Shown: positions 24,795 through 38,100 of the stretch, one piece after another
Layout: each line of letters begins with the position of its first letter
Position numbering within the stretch: position 1 is the stretch's first letter
Made by a program: the position numbers and the translations under genes
Notes under the pieces: generated by a model
The model's database searches: none
What the model saw: the letters and a program-made list of their open reading frames with translations, nothing else
Told to the model about the DNA's origin: nothing
From: Monocercomonoides exilis PA203
Lineage: Eukaryota > Protista > Preaxostyla
Direction: 5' to 3'
NCBI GenBank assembly: GCA_001643675.2
Contig: LSRY02000054.1
Span: 537,525-601,524 of the forward strand
DNA: 64,000 nt

Positions 24795-26361
24795 GAAAGA
24801 AAAGAATAATTTCAGACCAGAAAAATTCCCTGTTAACAGAGACTTATGAAACGAAAAAAAAATATTCAACAAAAATATAAGTTAGTTTTTCCACGAAATC
24901 AGATTGGAAAATTATTTATCATCAAATAAAAAGAAAGAGATAGTGAAAAAATAAAAAACTGCTAAACCTTCGTTTGAAAAATTTGCATCTTATCTCAATT
25001 GTCAAATAATTCAAATATGGGAAATTCTAACTTGTAATTTTTTCCTTTTCAATCTTTGAATCTTATCATGAATAATAGAATGGATTGTCGAAGAGGAAGA
25101 GAAAATATTTTCGAAATAAAATATTATGGCTTTTTTATTGTGGTGATTTTTTTCAAATGAATCGAAAAAGAAAGATAATGAAAGAGAGAAAGAAGGGAAA
25201 ACAGTTCGTTTAAGTAAAAAGCGTGAAGAGCGTGAAAAAGATGGATATATTTTTTGGAAGGAATGAGAAAAATAGTTCTGAAATTGAGTGATTGAGGACA
25301 GTTTCAGAGAAGATAAACAGTAAACCATGGTGCAAAGGCGAAGAAGTTACTGAAAAGAAGATAATGTCGCGACAAAATAATGATTTGGAAAATCACAAAG
25401 GGAACAAAAATGTATAAAGACAAAAGAGCCCAGAGACCGTTATTTAGACACAGCTGGGACGAATCTTTTTCAAAGTCAAGCATCAATTCAAGAATCATCT
25501 TTTTCAATGAATATTAAACACACATTATTTATTTCGCCAATTCGTTGAAATCTATCTTGCTTCTTCAGCTTCAATGCTAAACGATCTCTTATTTTTCCCT
25601 TCAACATAAATCTCAACACTTTGATTACAGGTATTTTCGATCACATCTTCTGTAATTTTATTTCAGTAACAATTCGAATTTATCTTCTTTTCATATATTA
25701 TGGCCATTATAAAAAAATCTGGAAAGATGCAAGAATCATAATCACTGACTTTTGCTCGGACTTTTGGAGATGTCTGATTCTCTAACAGCAGCCAGTACAA
25801 AAAAAAAATTGAAGAAGATGAAGAAATTATATCAGAAGGAGAAAAAGAAAAATCTTGGAAATTAATCATTTAGCTCCAGTTGTTACAGATTCAGTTTCAT
25901 CAAGCATATTTATCGCTCAGATATTGAATCCTTCAAAAATGTGTGTTCGGAAAATATTGAAAGGATGAAACCGGTTTGATTCACTTTCATCATCAACTTT
26001 TTATTTGCTTCAAGAAAAATACTGAAATATGAAATAAAATCAATTAGAAAATACTTAACCTTCTTCTTCTTCTTTTTCTTCTTCTTCTTCTTCCTTCTTC
26101 TTTTCTATTGTTTTTTCAGAAATATGAAGAAAGAAGACTAAACATCCTTAACATTGACTAAATATTTATTTCTTTCAAAAAATTCTTTGAAAGATTCAAA
26201 CAAGGTTAGGGGCAAGAAACGGGAGATAGAAGAGGAAGAGGAAAATAAAGAAGAGAATGACAACTAGGAAAGAAAAAGCTGACAGGCTAATTAAATGATC
26301 GATCACATCCAGTGCTCGCTCAAAGGATTGGAGCATATTGCTTATCGCCATCTCTTTCCAC

Positions 26362-28979
26362 TTAGAACTTGTTTATACAATTCTGAAGAAGCAGATGATG
26401 ATGATGGCACATAACAAGATATAGCCTCATTCTCCCTTCATCTGCTGTGCCATCGCCTTGCGAAACAGCTCCACACGCTGCCCATTCTCCATTAGCAGCC
26501 CAAAGCAAATCACTCCTTCCACCTCGTCTTTCCCCAACTGCGGACGCATCAGCTCTGTCAGCATCATCACCATCAGGAACATCGCACACTGCCCTTCTCT
26601 CTTCACAACTGTCGACTGCACAGCCTCCACCCGCTGCTTCAGCCCTGCCGCTGTTACTGCTGCTGCTGACACCTCCGAAAGCTCCCTCTCCTGATCATTC
26701 AGTGCCAGCTCACTTTCTTTGCAGCTGCATCTTTTATCAGATGGATACAGATATGCTCGAATTTCGGAGGCATTAAATACATCCAGATACTTCCGGAACG
26801 GCGTGAAGAAATCGTTGCTCTGGAACACCTCCAACACAGATGCAAACGATTGCGGTAAGCACCTCGACAGATGGGATGCATCTCAGAAGAATTGTTGAGA
26901 CAGCGCCTGTGGTGTCTGCGGATAGCACACATACACGCACAGAAGAGACTCCAGCTCTGAATTTGTGACGCACCTGATATCGTAGACGAAGAAATCAATG
27001 CATCACCAGAGCATATCGAATCATACAACGTTTTCTTCGAATCCTTTCATCATCCTTCCTTCTGCCCAGCAGCGGTTCATTAAAAACACCAGAGACACTG
27101 ATATTTTCTCCTCCCCCTTCTCCGACTGGAAGTATCAAAAACTCCACAAAAAAACATCTTGATCTTCATCTCCGCTCCACTTTCAAGAACGATGCTGAAG
27201 AACAAGAAGAACGACAGCTTATCTTCATTGAACTTCTCTGGTACAAATTCCCCAAACAGCCGCATTTCTGCAAAGTTCCACTAGAAAAGCTTCTTCTCCG
27301 CGGATCATCACCTTCCTGATTGCCTCACTTTTTTTCTGATTCTCAATCACCTCCTTCAACAGCATCTTCTTCTCGCTTATCGTCTTCTTTTATACTTTCA
27401 GCAGCTCCATGAGCATTTTCGTTTCCTTCTCCATCTTGTTCATCTTCTACTATACCGTTGCAACTGCTCTTCCACCACCTCCTCCACCATCGCTGTTGAT
27501 TTTTCTCGCAACACTCTCCCCGCTCCCCACTTTCATAAAAACACACTTCCCATTGAGATTTGGCACAAGCATCACAACACTTCCATCCCCGATGCTCGCT
27601 GCAACTTCTCCTTGTGCGTTTCACACAGCCCTAACAGCAGAATCAACGAAGTCAAAGATGGAATTATCTTGCCCTCCGCAGAAACCAACGAAGAAGATAT
27701 GGCAATTGTTACCGCCGATACATCAGTTACTGCTTGCCATCCATACTCACCACTTCGCCCTGAAAAGAACAGCCTTTCTTCTCCTTCTCAATCCTTACAC
27801 CAATCAGCCCCGCCTTCTCCTTCGTGGCTACAAACTGTACCTTCGCCTCCTTCGCCATCTTCACCTCCTTGACTTCTGAGTTAGACTTCTCATTCAGCTG
27901 CAAAATCTTCCTCTCCTGCATCGATATGATCTTATCCTACTTCTGCAGCCGCTCCTCCAGCTTGTTTATCAGCTTCAAAATCCTCTCATCTTCCATGATC
28001 TTTTGCAGCTTCATGCAAGACTCCAAATACTTCTTCTTTATCTCCTGCTTCACCTTTTCATACTTTTCCTTTAATTTCATCTTCTTCTCTCCAGCCAACT
28101 TTTTTTCCTTCTTTTTTTCTTTTTCTTTTTTTTCTTTTGCTTCCTCTGCTTCTTCGCGCTTCTCCAGCATTGCCAGCGCAATTGCTGCTGGAGACAGAAC
28201 CACATCCTCCATCCTCAGCCAAACCGCTTACATTTCCTTCTCCACACTCTTCCCCACTTCACACACTGTAACCCCTCGCCCCATCACTTCGTCGTCCAGC
28301 GTCACTACCACACGCCTCGATTGTTGTGATCGCCATATTTGCATTGAAGGGCCAAACAGATCGTAGATCGATGGGAACACATTCACATCTACCATCGCAA
28401 AGATCCGCTTGCTCCCAGATTTCGTGCCCACCGGCACCAACAGCGAACCGAAAGCATCGCTGAAAGCTCCACATCGCAGGCACACACAACACCCCCACAC
28501 AGCACCGCCCGCCGAGCCACAACATATCCCTCGAATTGTCTGTCGCTCCCTCATTAACGACTGTCTACGATTTTCATATACCCAAGCTGCCTCATGCAAC
28601 ACAATTCGCAGCCGCCTTTCGATATCATCCATCGCTGCTGCCTTCGTGAATGACGCAGCTACCACACATGCATCTGAAGTGTTAATTGCAGGTGCTGATG
28701 ATGGCTGATCATCTCCTGTCACTTTCTTCTCTTCACTTCTCAGCATTCGGAATGGCGAAGTTGATCGGAATGCTGCTCCTGTTGAAGAAGACGAAGAAGA
28801 CGAAGGCGCTGAGCGAAGAGACGACTACCGTGCTGCCCCGGCCACAAGAAGCTTTTTCAGACACCCAACCACGTCTGCTGGCAGCTCCACAGGCGACACA
28901 AACATCACATCCACTTTCGGATCAGAAAGGTCGAACAGCCACAAAAGCTCTCATTTTCGAGCAAAAGGAAAACATATAG
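26362..28979 (-). pseudogene. Fragmented GC-richer coding remnant of unknown family
   Basis: Successive short minus-strand ORFs with coding-like composition (28228-28746, 27937-28212, 26427-26837) are broken by stops and frameshifts. No domain was recognised. Confidence 0.4.
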
Positions 28980-29064
28980 AAGGGTTTTTTTTCAGACAAC
29001 TTATCAAAAAAAGAAGAAAGAGAAGAAGAAGAAGAAGAAGGAGAAGCAAAGACCAGGAATTCCT

Positions 29065-30150
29065 GTGAAGAAAGATACTGACATAAAAAATTCAACTTCC
29101 GACTTTTCCTCCTCCTCGTCTGATTTAGATTCCTCAGATTCTTCTATTTCTTCCTCTTCCTCTTCTTCCTCCTCCTCTTCATCATCTTCTTCTTCAGCCA
29201 AACCAGAAAAGAAAGAAGAAGCAAAAGAAACAGCCCAAAAAGTGAATGCAAACGAGAAGGCGAAGCAAACTCAACCAGCAATTTCAGCAAAGAAAGAAGA
29301 AAGTTCTGATTCTTCTTCTTCCTCCTCCTCTGATTCATCTTCCTCTGATTCTTCCTCTGATTCTTCCTCTGATTCATCTTCCTCTGATTCATCTTCCTCT
29401 GATCCATCTTCCTCTGATTCATCTTCAGATGAATCAAGCGAAGAAGAAAAAGAAGAAAACGCTTCAAAAAAACTAGAAAAGAAAGAAGAGAAAAAAGAAG
29501 TCCCAAAAACTGTTGTTGCACAAAAAATGAGTTCAGATGAAGAAAGCTCTTCTGATTCGTCTTCTGATTCTGATTCTTCTTCCTCCGATTCATCTTCATC
29601 TTCATCTTCATCTTCAGATTCATCTTCTGATAATTCAGATAGTGATTCATCATCATCTTCTTCTTCATCCTCCTCTGATTCATCTTCTTCTGATTCTGAA
29701 TCAGAATCTTCTTCTTCTTCTTCTGCAGAAAAGAAGAACAACAACAAAATGACATCAAACCCAAATCTTGCTCCCAGCTCATCCCCAGCCAACAGTAACG
29801 AGTCATCTCCCTCTCCCTCTCCCTCTCCCTCTCCCTCTCCCTCTCCCTCTCCCTCTCCCTCTCCTTCTCCTTCCCCTTCTCCTTCTCCATCTCCCTCTCC
29901 CTCTCCCTCTCGCCACACCCCCTTCCGCCGTGTCGATCCGTCCAAGTATGTGATTACAGACCCGCGGCTGGCGGACAACAGCTTCGAGATGAAAGGCGAG
30001 GCGTGGGGCAAGAAGGCGTCAGAGAAGCTGCTGCAGACTCGGGGAAAAGGATTCAGGGCAGCGAAGACGAAGCTGAAGAGAGGGACGTATCAGGGAGGGC
30101 AGATCGGGATGGGGATCAATTCGGTGAAGCTGGGGGATGAGGAAGAATAA
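29065..30150 (+). CDS. SRP40/Nopp140-like nucleolar Ser-rich phosphoprotein (5' end undefined)
   Basis: Alternating Ser/Asp and Lys/Glu blocks are followed by the SRP40_C signature TPFRRVD...DNSF...WGKKASEKLLQTRGKGFRAAKTKLKRGTYQGGQI...NSVK. There is no ATG at the ORF start, so an upstream exon is likely. Confidence 0.85.
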   Translation: MKKDTDIKNSTSDFSSSSSDLDSSDSSISSSSSSSSSSSSSSSSAKPEKKEEAKETAQKVNANEKAKQTQPAISAKKEESSDSSSSSSSDSSSSDSSSDSSSDSSSSDSSSSDPSSSDSSSDESSEEEKEENASKKLEKKEEKKEVPKTVVAQKMSSDEESSSDSSSDSDSSSSDSSSSSSSSSDSSSDNSDSDSSSSSSSSSSDSSSSDSESESSSSSSAEKKNNNKMTSNPNLAPSSSPANSNESSPSPSPSPSPSPSPSPSPSPSPSPSPSPSPSPSPSRHTPFRRVDPSKYVITDPRLADNSFEMKGEAWGKKASEKLLQTRGKGFRAAKTKLKRGTYQGGQIGMGINSVKLGDEEE

Positions 30151-32131
30151 AAAAAAAAGGAAAAGGAAAAAAGAGGAAAAAAATAATGAGGGCATCAAAA
30201 GCGAGAAATGAACATTGAAATGAGTATTTCAATGGCTTTATTTGAATTTTTGGTTCCTTTTTCTCAGAATGATATTCACCATGTACAAATACAATTTTCA
30301 TACAAAAAAACTGTTCTTCACACACATCAACATTTGAAGCCATTTTGATAAAAGCACAGACAAAATTATCATTTCATTTTCATTCTGACAAAATATTAAT
30401 TTTATCATATTTTTAACAAACACTCATCATCATCGTGAATTCCCCCAAAACAGTTTTTCATCAGAAAAAAACAAATAAAAAATTCGAATTTGAAAAAGAG
30501 ACAGTTTGACATCCAAAAAGGAAATGTGAAAAGAAATCAACATCCTGTGAATAGACAGCGAGTCAGAAAAAGAATCATTTTCAAAGAAGAATGAAATCTT
30601 ATTATTTTTGAAGCTCTTCAAAAGATATCAAAAATGAAGAAGGAAAAGCAACAAAACAATGAAAAATAATCACTATTTTGAGAGATTTGTTGGACAGATT
30701 TCATCAATTTTCTGTTCAATTGAGTTGATGAGACAGCCAATGAAAACTTTCCAATTCTGTTTCTGAAACATCACAAACATTCTATTTGGAATACATAGAT
30801 CTCTTAATGAGGATGTCCAAAGCAGAAGGAAGTGAAAAATAGGCTCTCCAATTTATTTTTTTTAATTGTGATGCCTTGTTCTTCTCTATTTCTTTGAAAG
30901 AGTGATCGAATGAGCAATGGCATTCTCTTCTTCGAATCATTCCTAAGTGCTATCAGAATTATTCTCTTTCCATTGTTTTTCATTGAAACCAAAACAGATA
31001 GGCTCTCAAAAAAGATCAATCTTTCATGATTCAATGAGAAAGCTCTCTTCATCACAGTTGTGTCTTCTGTCATCTGGCATATCCCGTCTTTCAAAACATT
31101 TCCTGTTCTCAATACATCATTTCCCTCAAATCCTCATTCCTCTTTATCCTCTATCTCTTCACAGACTTCTTTCAAATTCATTTCTTTGTCACACGATTCC
31201 TTTTGGTAAAATGAGAAAAGGGCAACTGAATAAACAATAAACAGTAGATATTTCACCATTGGAATCAGTTGCAAGCTTTTCTTTTGAACAAACTGCAATA
31301 TTATCAATTATCTTGAGATTCAGCTTCCAACAACTTCACTGAATCAAATGGCAGCAAAAAGCTCTTCATGCATCTCTGCTTCAAATGGAAGAAACGTTTC
31401 AAGGGTTTCAAGAAAATAAAATGTTCTGTGCAACTCTGTGAAGTTTGACATTGGAATGAAGTTCCGAAATGACTGTCATTCGATGACACTTTTTCTCAAC
31501 AAACACTCTTTCAAATAAATCATCATGAAAAAACCTCTTTTTGAATCTGTTATACTGTTTTGCGTTCTTCACATCGTTGTTGAAAAAATGTTAGATTTAA
31601 AAATCAAATGAAAATTAATCGGGTTTTTTCTTTGATGCAATAAATGATTGAATTTTTAAAAAGTTTTATCAAAAATTATTCATGCCTTTCTATTCGAATT
31701 TTTTAAATTTAACATGACGAAGAATAGAAATTTGAAAGGTTATTTTTGTTTTATTTATCAACAAAAGAAAATGAATTAATTTTGGGAAAGTTGTTATTCG
31801 CATCTGAAAATATGTGATTAGTCATCGAAAACATTATTTAAGTATTATATATTTATTTCATTTGATTAATGTTGGAAGAAATATGAAAGGAAAAAATCAA
31901 AAAATCAAATATGTTATGGGCGCTAACTTGATGTTTGTTATATTTAATTTTTAATCTGTTTTTTTTTCAAAAAACGATTGACGGAAGTCATTGATATTTG
32001 AATATGTTTGAAATAATTCATTATTATTTCGAAAGCAAACCAACAGGATCCAAACCATTGATTGCATTGTGTGATTTAAAATAAAGGATGTGTTGATCTT
32101 TTGAAATATTGATCGAAAAACGTCAAAATTC

Positions 32132-35100
32132 ATGATCTTTGCTTTTTTGACTTTCTCTTTAGTAATTTCACAAGTTGTGAATGCTGAAGAAATATATGAA
32201 GTTTATGTGAAGCAAACGGGAGATAACAGCCACGCTGGTACAGCGATCGGTCAGGAAATAAAATCATTGAAAAGTGCCTATGATCTACTGGGATATATCC
32301 AAGCATGCACGATTTATGTTGTCAATGATGCAAGCGCACTGGAAGCAGAAGCAATAACTTTCAACAAAAACCAAGGAAGCACCATTGAAGGAATAAGCAG
32401 CGATGGAACCGAAAATGCAAGGGTTTCGATTGACTGTGATGTGAATCCAGGTGGAGATCTATTCACATGCAATGGAGATACAGTATTCAAATACTTGGCA
32501 TTCCATTTTCCGTTTTCATTAAATGGATCCTCAAGCTATAGCGCATTGATTTATGGAAGTGATTGTAATCTGACGATAAAGAATTGTCTATTTATTCGAC
32601 CACCTTCAACTAATGAGGAAAAAGTGGATTATTATCTTGTGTGCATGAGCGGTGGAAATTTATATATAGACGAAGTTGAATGTGCTGATGACAATTCAAC
32701 CTTTAAATATAAAAGAAAAGCTTTATATATTGTTAATCCAGCAAGGGTTTCATTTTCTAATATGATTTTGAAGAAAATTTCAGGTGGCAATTCAGCTGTT
32801 TCAATTAATAAATATGATGATATTCAAATGAATGTGATCCTGAATAACTGCACATTCACTGAATGTCACACTGAAAGGGATGGAATATTATATATTTCGA
32901 GTTTGAACAGAGAAAGTACATTTTCAGTTGGAGATGGGGGTGTGACATCTTTCATCTCTTGCACTGGAAGTAAATCTGGAGGAATCTATTTGGACATGTC
33001 ATATATTCAATCAGCATCTCAACTGAAATGGCCTGAAGATGGAAGGAATCTAGTATTTCAGAATTGCTCAGCTGCTTATAAAGGAGTGAAGAGAAATATC
33101 GGATTGCATTTTGATATGAGAAGTGTTTATTTGTTCAATGACATAGCAGATGAAATGATGGACAGCTTTGCAGCCAATTACACAAATAAAGATAATTTGT
33201 GGTTTATTGTCGGATATGACAAGGAAAATGAACAAATTTTCGAATTCACAAGCTCATATTTTGATCCAATTGAATCAGCATATGTGAAAAGTGGAGCATT
33301 GAATGGGGATGGATTGAGCCTTGATTCTCCAATGAAATCTTTGAAAGAGGCATATGATTTATTTTCTGGATGTGTTAGTATTTCTGGATTTGACATCAAA
33401 ATAATTGAATCAAATGATCAATTGAAAGCAGAAGCAATAACTTTCAACAAAAACCAAGGAAGCACCATTGAAGGAATAAGCAGCGATGGAACCGAAAATG
33501 CAAGGGTTTCGATTGACTGTGATGTGAATCCAGGTGGAGATCTATTCACATGCAATGGAGATACAGTATTCAAATACTTGGCATTCCATTTTCCGTTTTC
33601 ATTAAATGGATCCTCAAGCTATAGCGCATTGATTTATGGAAGTGATTGTAATCTGACGATAAAGAATTGTCTATTTATTCGACCACCTTCAACTAATGAG
33701 GAAAAAGTGGATTATTATCTTGTGTGCATGAGCGGTGGAAATTTATATATAGACGAAGTTGAATGTGCTGATGACAGTCAAACTGTTTCATTTGAAAGCA
33801 GTGCTTTCAGTTTTAGAAAATTAAATTTTGTTTCATTGACGAAATTGACTTTAAAGAAAATTTTAGGTGTCACACCTATTGTTCAAATTTATGGTGATAA
33901 TGTGGTAAATGTCACTTTGAATAAATGCACTTTCACTGAATGTCGAGCAAAAAATAATGGAATCTTATCTGTTTCCGGCAATAACAGCAAAAGCACATTT
34001 ACTGTGGGGGATGGGGGTGTGACATCTTTCATCTCTTGCACTGGAAGTAAATCTGGAGGAATCTATTTGGACATGTCATATATTCAATCAGCATCTCAAC
34101 TGAAATGGCCTGAAGATGGAAGGAATCTAGTATTTCAGAATTGCACTGCATTCGATAACGGAATAAAAAGAAATACAGCACTGTTTATTGATATTAGCAA
34201 ATCCTCAATATTGTATAGTTTCATTATAAACATGAAACATAGTTTCGCTGAAAACTATACGAAATTTAGTAATAATGAATTTATTCAATGCAAAATATAT
34301 AACGGATCTACGATTGATATTGTTTCAAAGTATTACGGTACAATCACAACGAGTTTTGTGAAAAGTGGAGCATTGAATGGGGATGGATTGAGCCTTGATT
34401 CTCCAATGAAATCTTTGAAAGAGGCATATGATTTATTTTCTGGATGTGTTAGTATTTCTGGATTTGACATCAAAATAATTGAATCAAATGATCAATTGAA
34501 AGCAGAAGCAATAACTTTCAACAAAAACCAAGGAAGCACCATTGAAGGAATAAGCAGCGATGGAACCGAAAATGCAAGGGTTTCGATTGACTGTGATGTG
34601 AATCCAGGTGGAGATCTATTCAGATGTAAAGGAAAAGTGGTGTTCAATTATTTGGCATTCCATTTTCCAATTTCCTTTGGTGGATCCTCAAGCTATAGCG
34701 CATTGATTTATGGAAGTGATTGTAATCTGACGATAAAGAATTGTCTATTTATTCGACCACCTTCAACTAATGAGGAAAAAGTGGATTATTATCTTGTGTG
34801 CATGAGCGGTGGAAATTTATATATAGACGAAGTTGAATGTGCTGATGACAGTCAAACTGTATCATTTTCTGAAGGTATTTTTAATGTCAGTGATATAAAT
34901 ACAGCTTCCTTGAAGAGTTTCACTCTAAAGAAAATTTCAAGTGTTGAGCCAATAGTAAACATATACGGAAATAACAACAAAAAGTTGGATGTTTCTTTGA
35001 ATAAATGCACTTTCACTGAATGCCAGACAAAAAAGAATGGGATCTTTTTCATATTCAACTATCATTGCAATAGCACATTTTCAGTTGGAGATGGGGGTGT

Positions 35101-38100
35101 GACATTTTTCAACTCCTGTTGTTGCAAAAGCAATTCTAGTAATTATGCAGGTGTTATTCATTTGGAAATGCCAAATATTTCATCGGCATCTCAACTGAAA
35201 TGGCCAAAAAATGGAAAGAATCTGGTATTTGAAAATTGCTCTTGCGGAGAAGGTGAATCACAGGAAATCACAGTGATATGCTTATTTTTAAAGAACGATA
35301 ATCTATTACAAGAGATTGTGTATGCAATGAGATGCAGCTTTGCTGCGAACTACACTGATAAAGAAAATTCGAGATACATTATTGGCAATATTGGTAATTA
35401 TTATGGGATAGACATTGTTTCAAAGTATTACGGTACAATCACAACGAGTTTTGTGAAAAGTGGAGCATTGAATGGGGATGGATTGAGCCTTGATTCTCCA
35501 ATGAAATCTTTGAAAGAGGCATATGATTTATTTTCTGGATGTGTTAGTATTTCTGGATTTGACATCAAAATAATTGAATCAAATGATCAATTAACTGCGG
35601 AACACGTTATATATAACAAAAAAAAAGGAATCACTATTGAAGGAATAAGCAGCGATGGAACCGAAAATGCAATGGTTTCAATAGATTGTGATGTGCAAAA
35701 AGGTGGAAAACTGTTCAATTGCTTCAACGAAGTTGAACTTAAATTCTTGGCATTCCATTTTCCGATTGCATTAAATGATTACCCACATTGTGCGTTGATT
35801 TATGCATTCGATTGCAATCTCACAGTTAAAAACTGTCAATTTGTTCGTAAATCTTATGGTGGTCATGACATATCTTTACAACTTGTGGTCTTGGAAAGTG
35901 GCAGTTTTTTCATGAACGATGTTGAGTTCGTTGAAAACAGCACGAAATTCACATTTTGTTATAGTGTTTTTAATATAAGTGCTTCAACTCCAGTTTCATT
36001 AACGAATGTGACTTTGAAGAATATTTCAGCTGTAGGTTCAATAATATACATTAATGGTAATAGTAATGACAAATTTGAAGTAACTCTGAATAACTGCACA
36101 TTCACTGAATGTCACACTGAAAGGGATGGAATATTATATATTTCGAGTTTGAACAGAGAAAGTACATTTTCAGTTGGAGATGGGGGTGTGACATCTTTCA
36201 TCTCTTGCACTGGAAGTAAATCTGGAGGAATCTATTTGGACATGTCATATATTCAATCAGCATCTCAACTGAAATGGCCTGAAGATGGAAGGAATCTAGT
36301 ATTTCAGAATTGCTCAGCTGCTTATAAAGGAGTGAAGAGAAATATCGGATTGCATTTTGATATGAGAAGTGTTTATTTGTTCAATGACATAGCAGATGAA
36401 ATGATGGACAGCTTTGCAGCCAATTACACAAATAAAGATAATTTGTGGTTTATTGTCGGATATGACAAGGAAAATGAACAAATTTTCGAATTCACAAGCT
36501 CATATTTTGATCCAATTGAATCAGCATATGTGAAAAGTGGAGCATTGAATGGGGATGGATTGAGCCTTGATTCTCCAATGAAATCTTTGAAAGAGGCAAA
36601 TGGATTATTATCAAGATGTATTAATGATTTTGGATTTTTTATCAAGATAATTGATACTGATGATCAATTGAAAGCAGAGCAGATGATATTCTTTAAAAGA
36701 AAAGGTATTACCATTGAAGGAATAAGCAGCGATGGAACCGAAAATGCAAGGGTTTCGATTGACTGTGATGTGAATCCAGGTGGAGATCTATTCAGATGTA
36801 AAGGAAAAGTGGTGTTCAATTATTTGGCATTCCATTTTCCAATTTCCTTTGGTGGATCCTCAAGAGGGAATGCATTGATTAATGGAGAAGATTGCGATCT
36901 GACAATTAAAAGCAGTCAATTTATTCGACCAGCAACAAATGAGGGAACTGTGAATTATTATCTTGTGTGCATGAGCGGTGGAAATGTGATTATGAACAAT
37001 GTTGAGTGTGCTGATGATAGTCGAAGTGTCTCATTTAATAATCAAGTTTTTAGTATAAGATATTCAACTACAGTTTCGTTTTCAAATGTGACACTGAAGA
37101 ATATTTCAAGTTACGCGTCTATTTCTTCTATTTATGGAAAGCATATGACACTCTATAACAGTACTTTTGCTGAATGTCAAACAGAAGACAAAGGAACACT
37201 ATTCTTTTCCAGCAACAACAGAGAAAGCACATTTACTGTGGGAGATGGGGGTGTGACATCTTTCATCTCATGCAGCAACAGTGGATCTAATGGTAAATCT
37301 GGAGGAATCTATTTGGACATGTCATATATTCAATCAGCATCTCAACTGAAATGGCCTGAAGATGGAAGGAATCTTGTGTTTCAGAATTGCACTGCATTCG
37401 ATAAAGGAACAAAAAGAAATACAGCACTGTTTATTGATATTATCAATTTGGATCTTTTGCATTATATTGCTTTAAACATGAAACACAGTTTCGCTGAAAA
37501 TAATACAAGAATTAACAATAGATGGAAAGTTGTTGCATATGGAAATTACTATGAAAATGTCGACCTTATAAGCTCATATCTCGATCCAATTGAATCAGCA
37601 TATGTGAAAAGTGGAGCATTGAATGGGGATGGATTGAGCCTTGATTCTCCAATGAAATCTTTGAAAGAGGCATATGATTTATTTTCTGGATGTGTTAGTA
37701 TTTCTGGATTTGACATCAAAATAATTGAATCAAATGATCAATTGAAAGCAGAGCAGATGATATTCTTTAAAAGAAAAGGTATTACCATTGAAGGAATAAG
37801 CAGCGATGGAACCGAAAATGCAAGGGTTTCGATTGACTGTGATGTGAATCCAGGTGGAGATCTATTCACATGCAATGGAGATACAGTATTCAAATACTTG
37901 GCATTCCATTTTCCGTTTTCATTAAATGGATCCTCAAGCTATAGCGCATTGATTTATGGAAGTGATTGTAATCTGACGATAAAGAATTGTCTATTTATTC
38001 GACCACCTTCAACTAATGAGGGAACTGTGAATTATTATCTTGTGTGCATGAGCGGTGGAAATTTATATATAGACGAAGTTGAATGTGCTGATGACAGTCA

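Noticed and set aside
30400-31560. Possible decayed minus-strand gene
   Set aside because: Only short ORFs with no motif I can identify; too weak to call.
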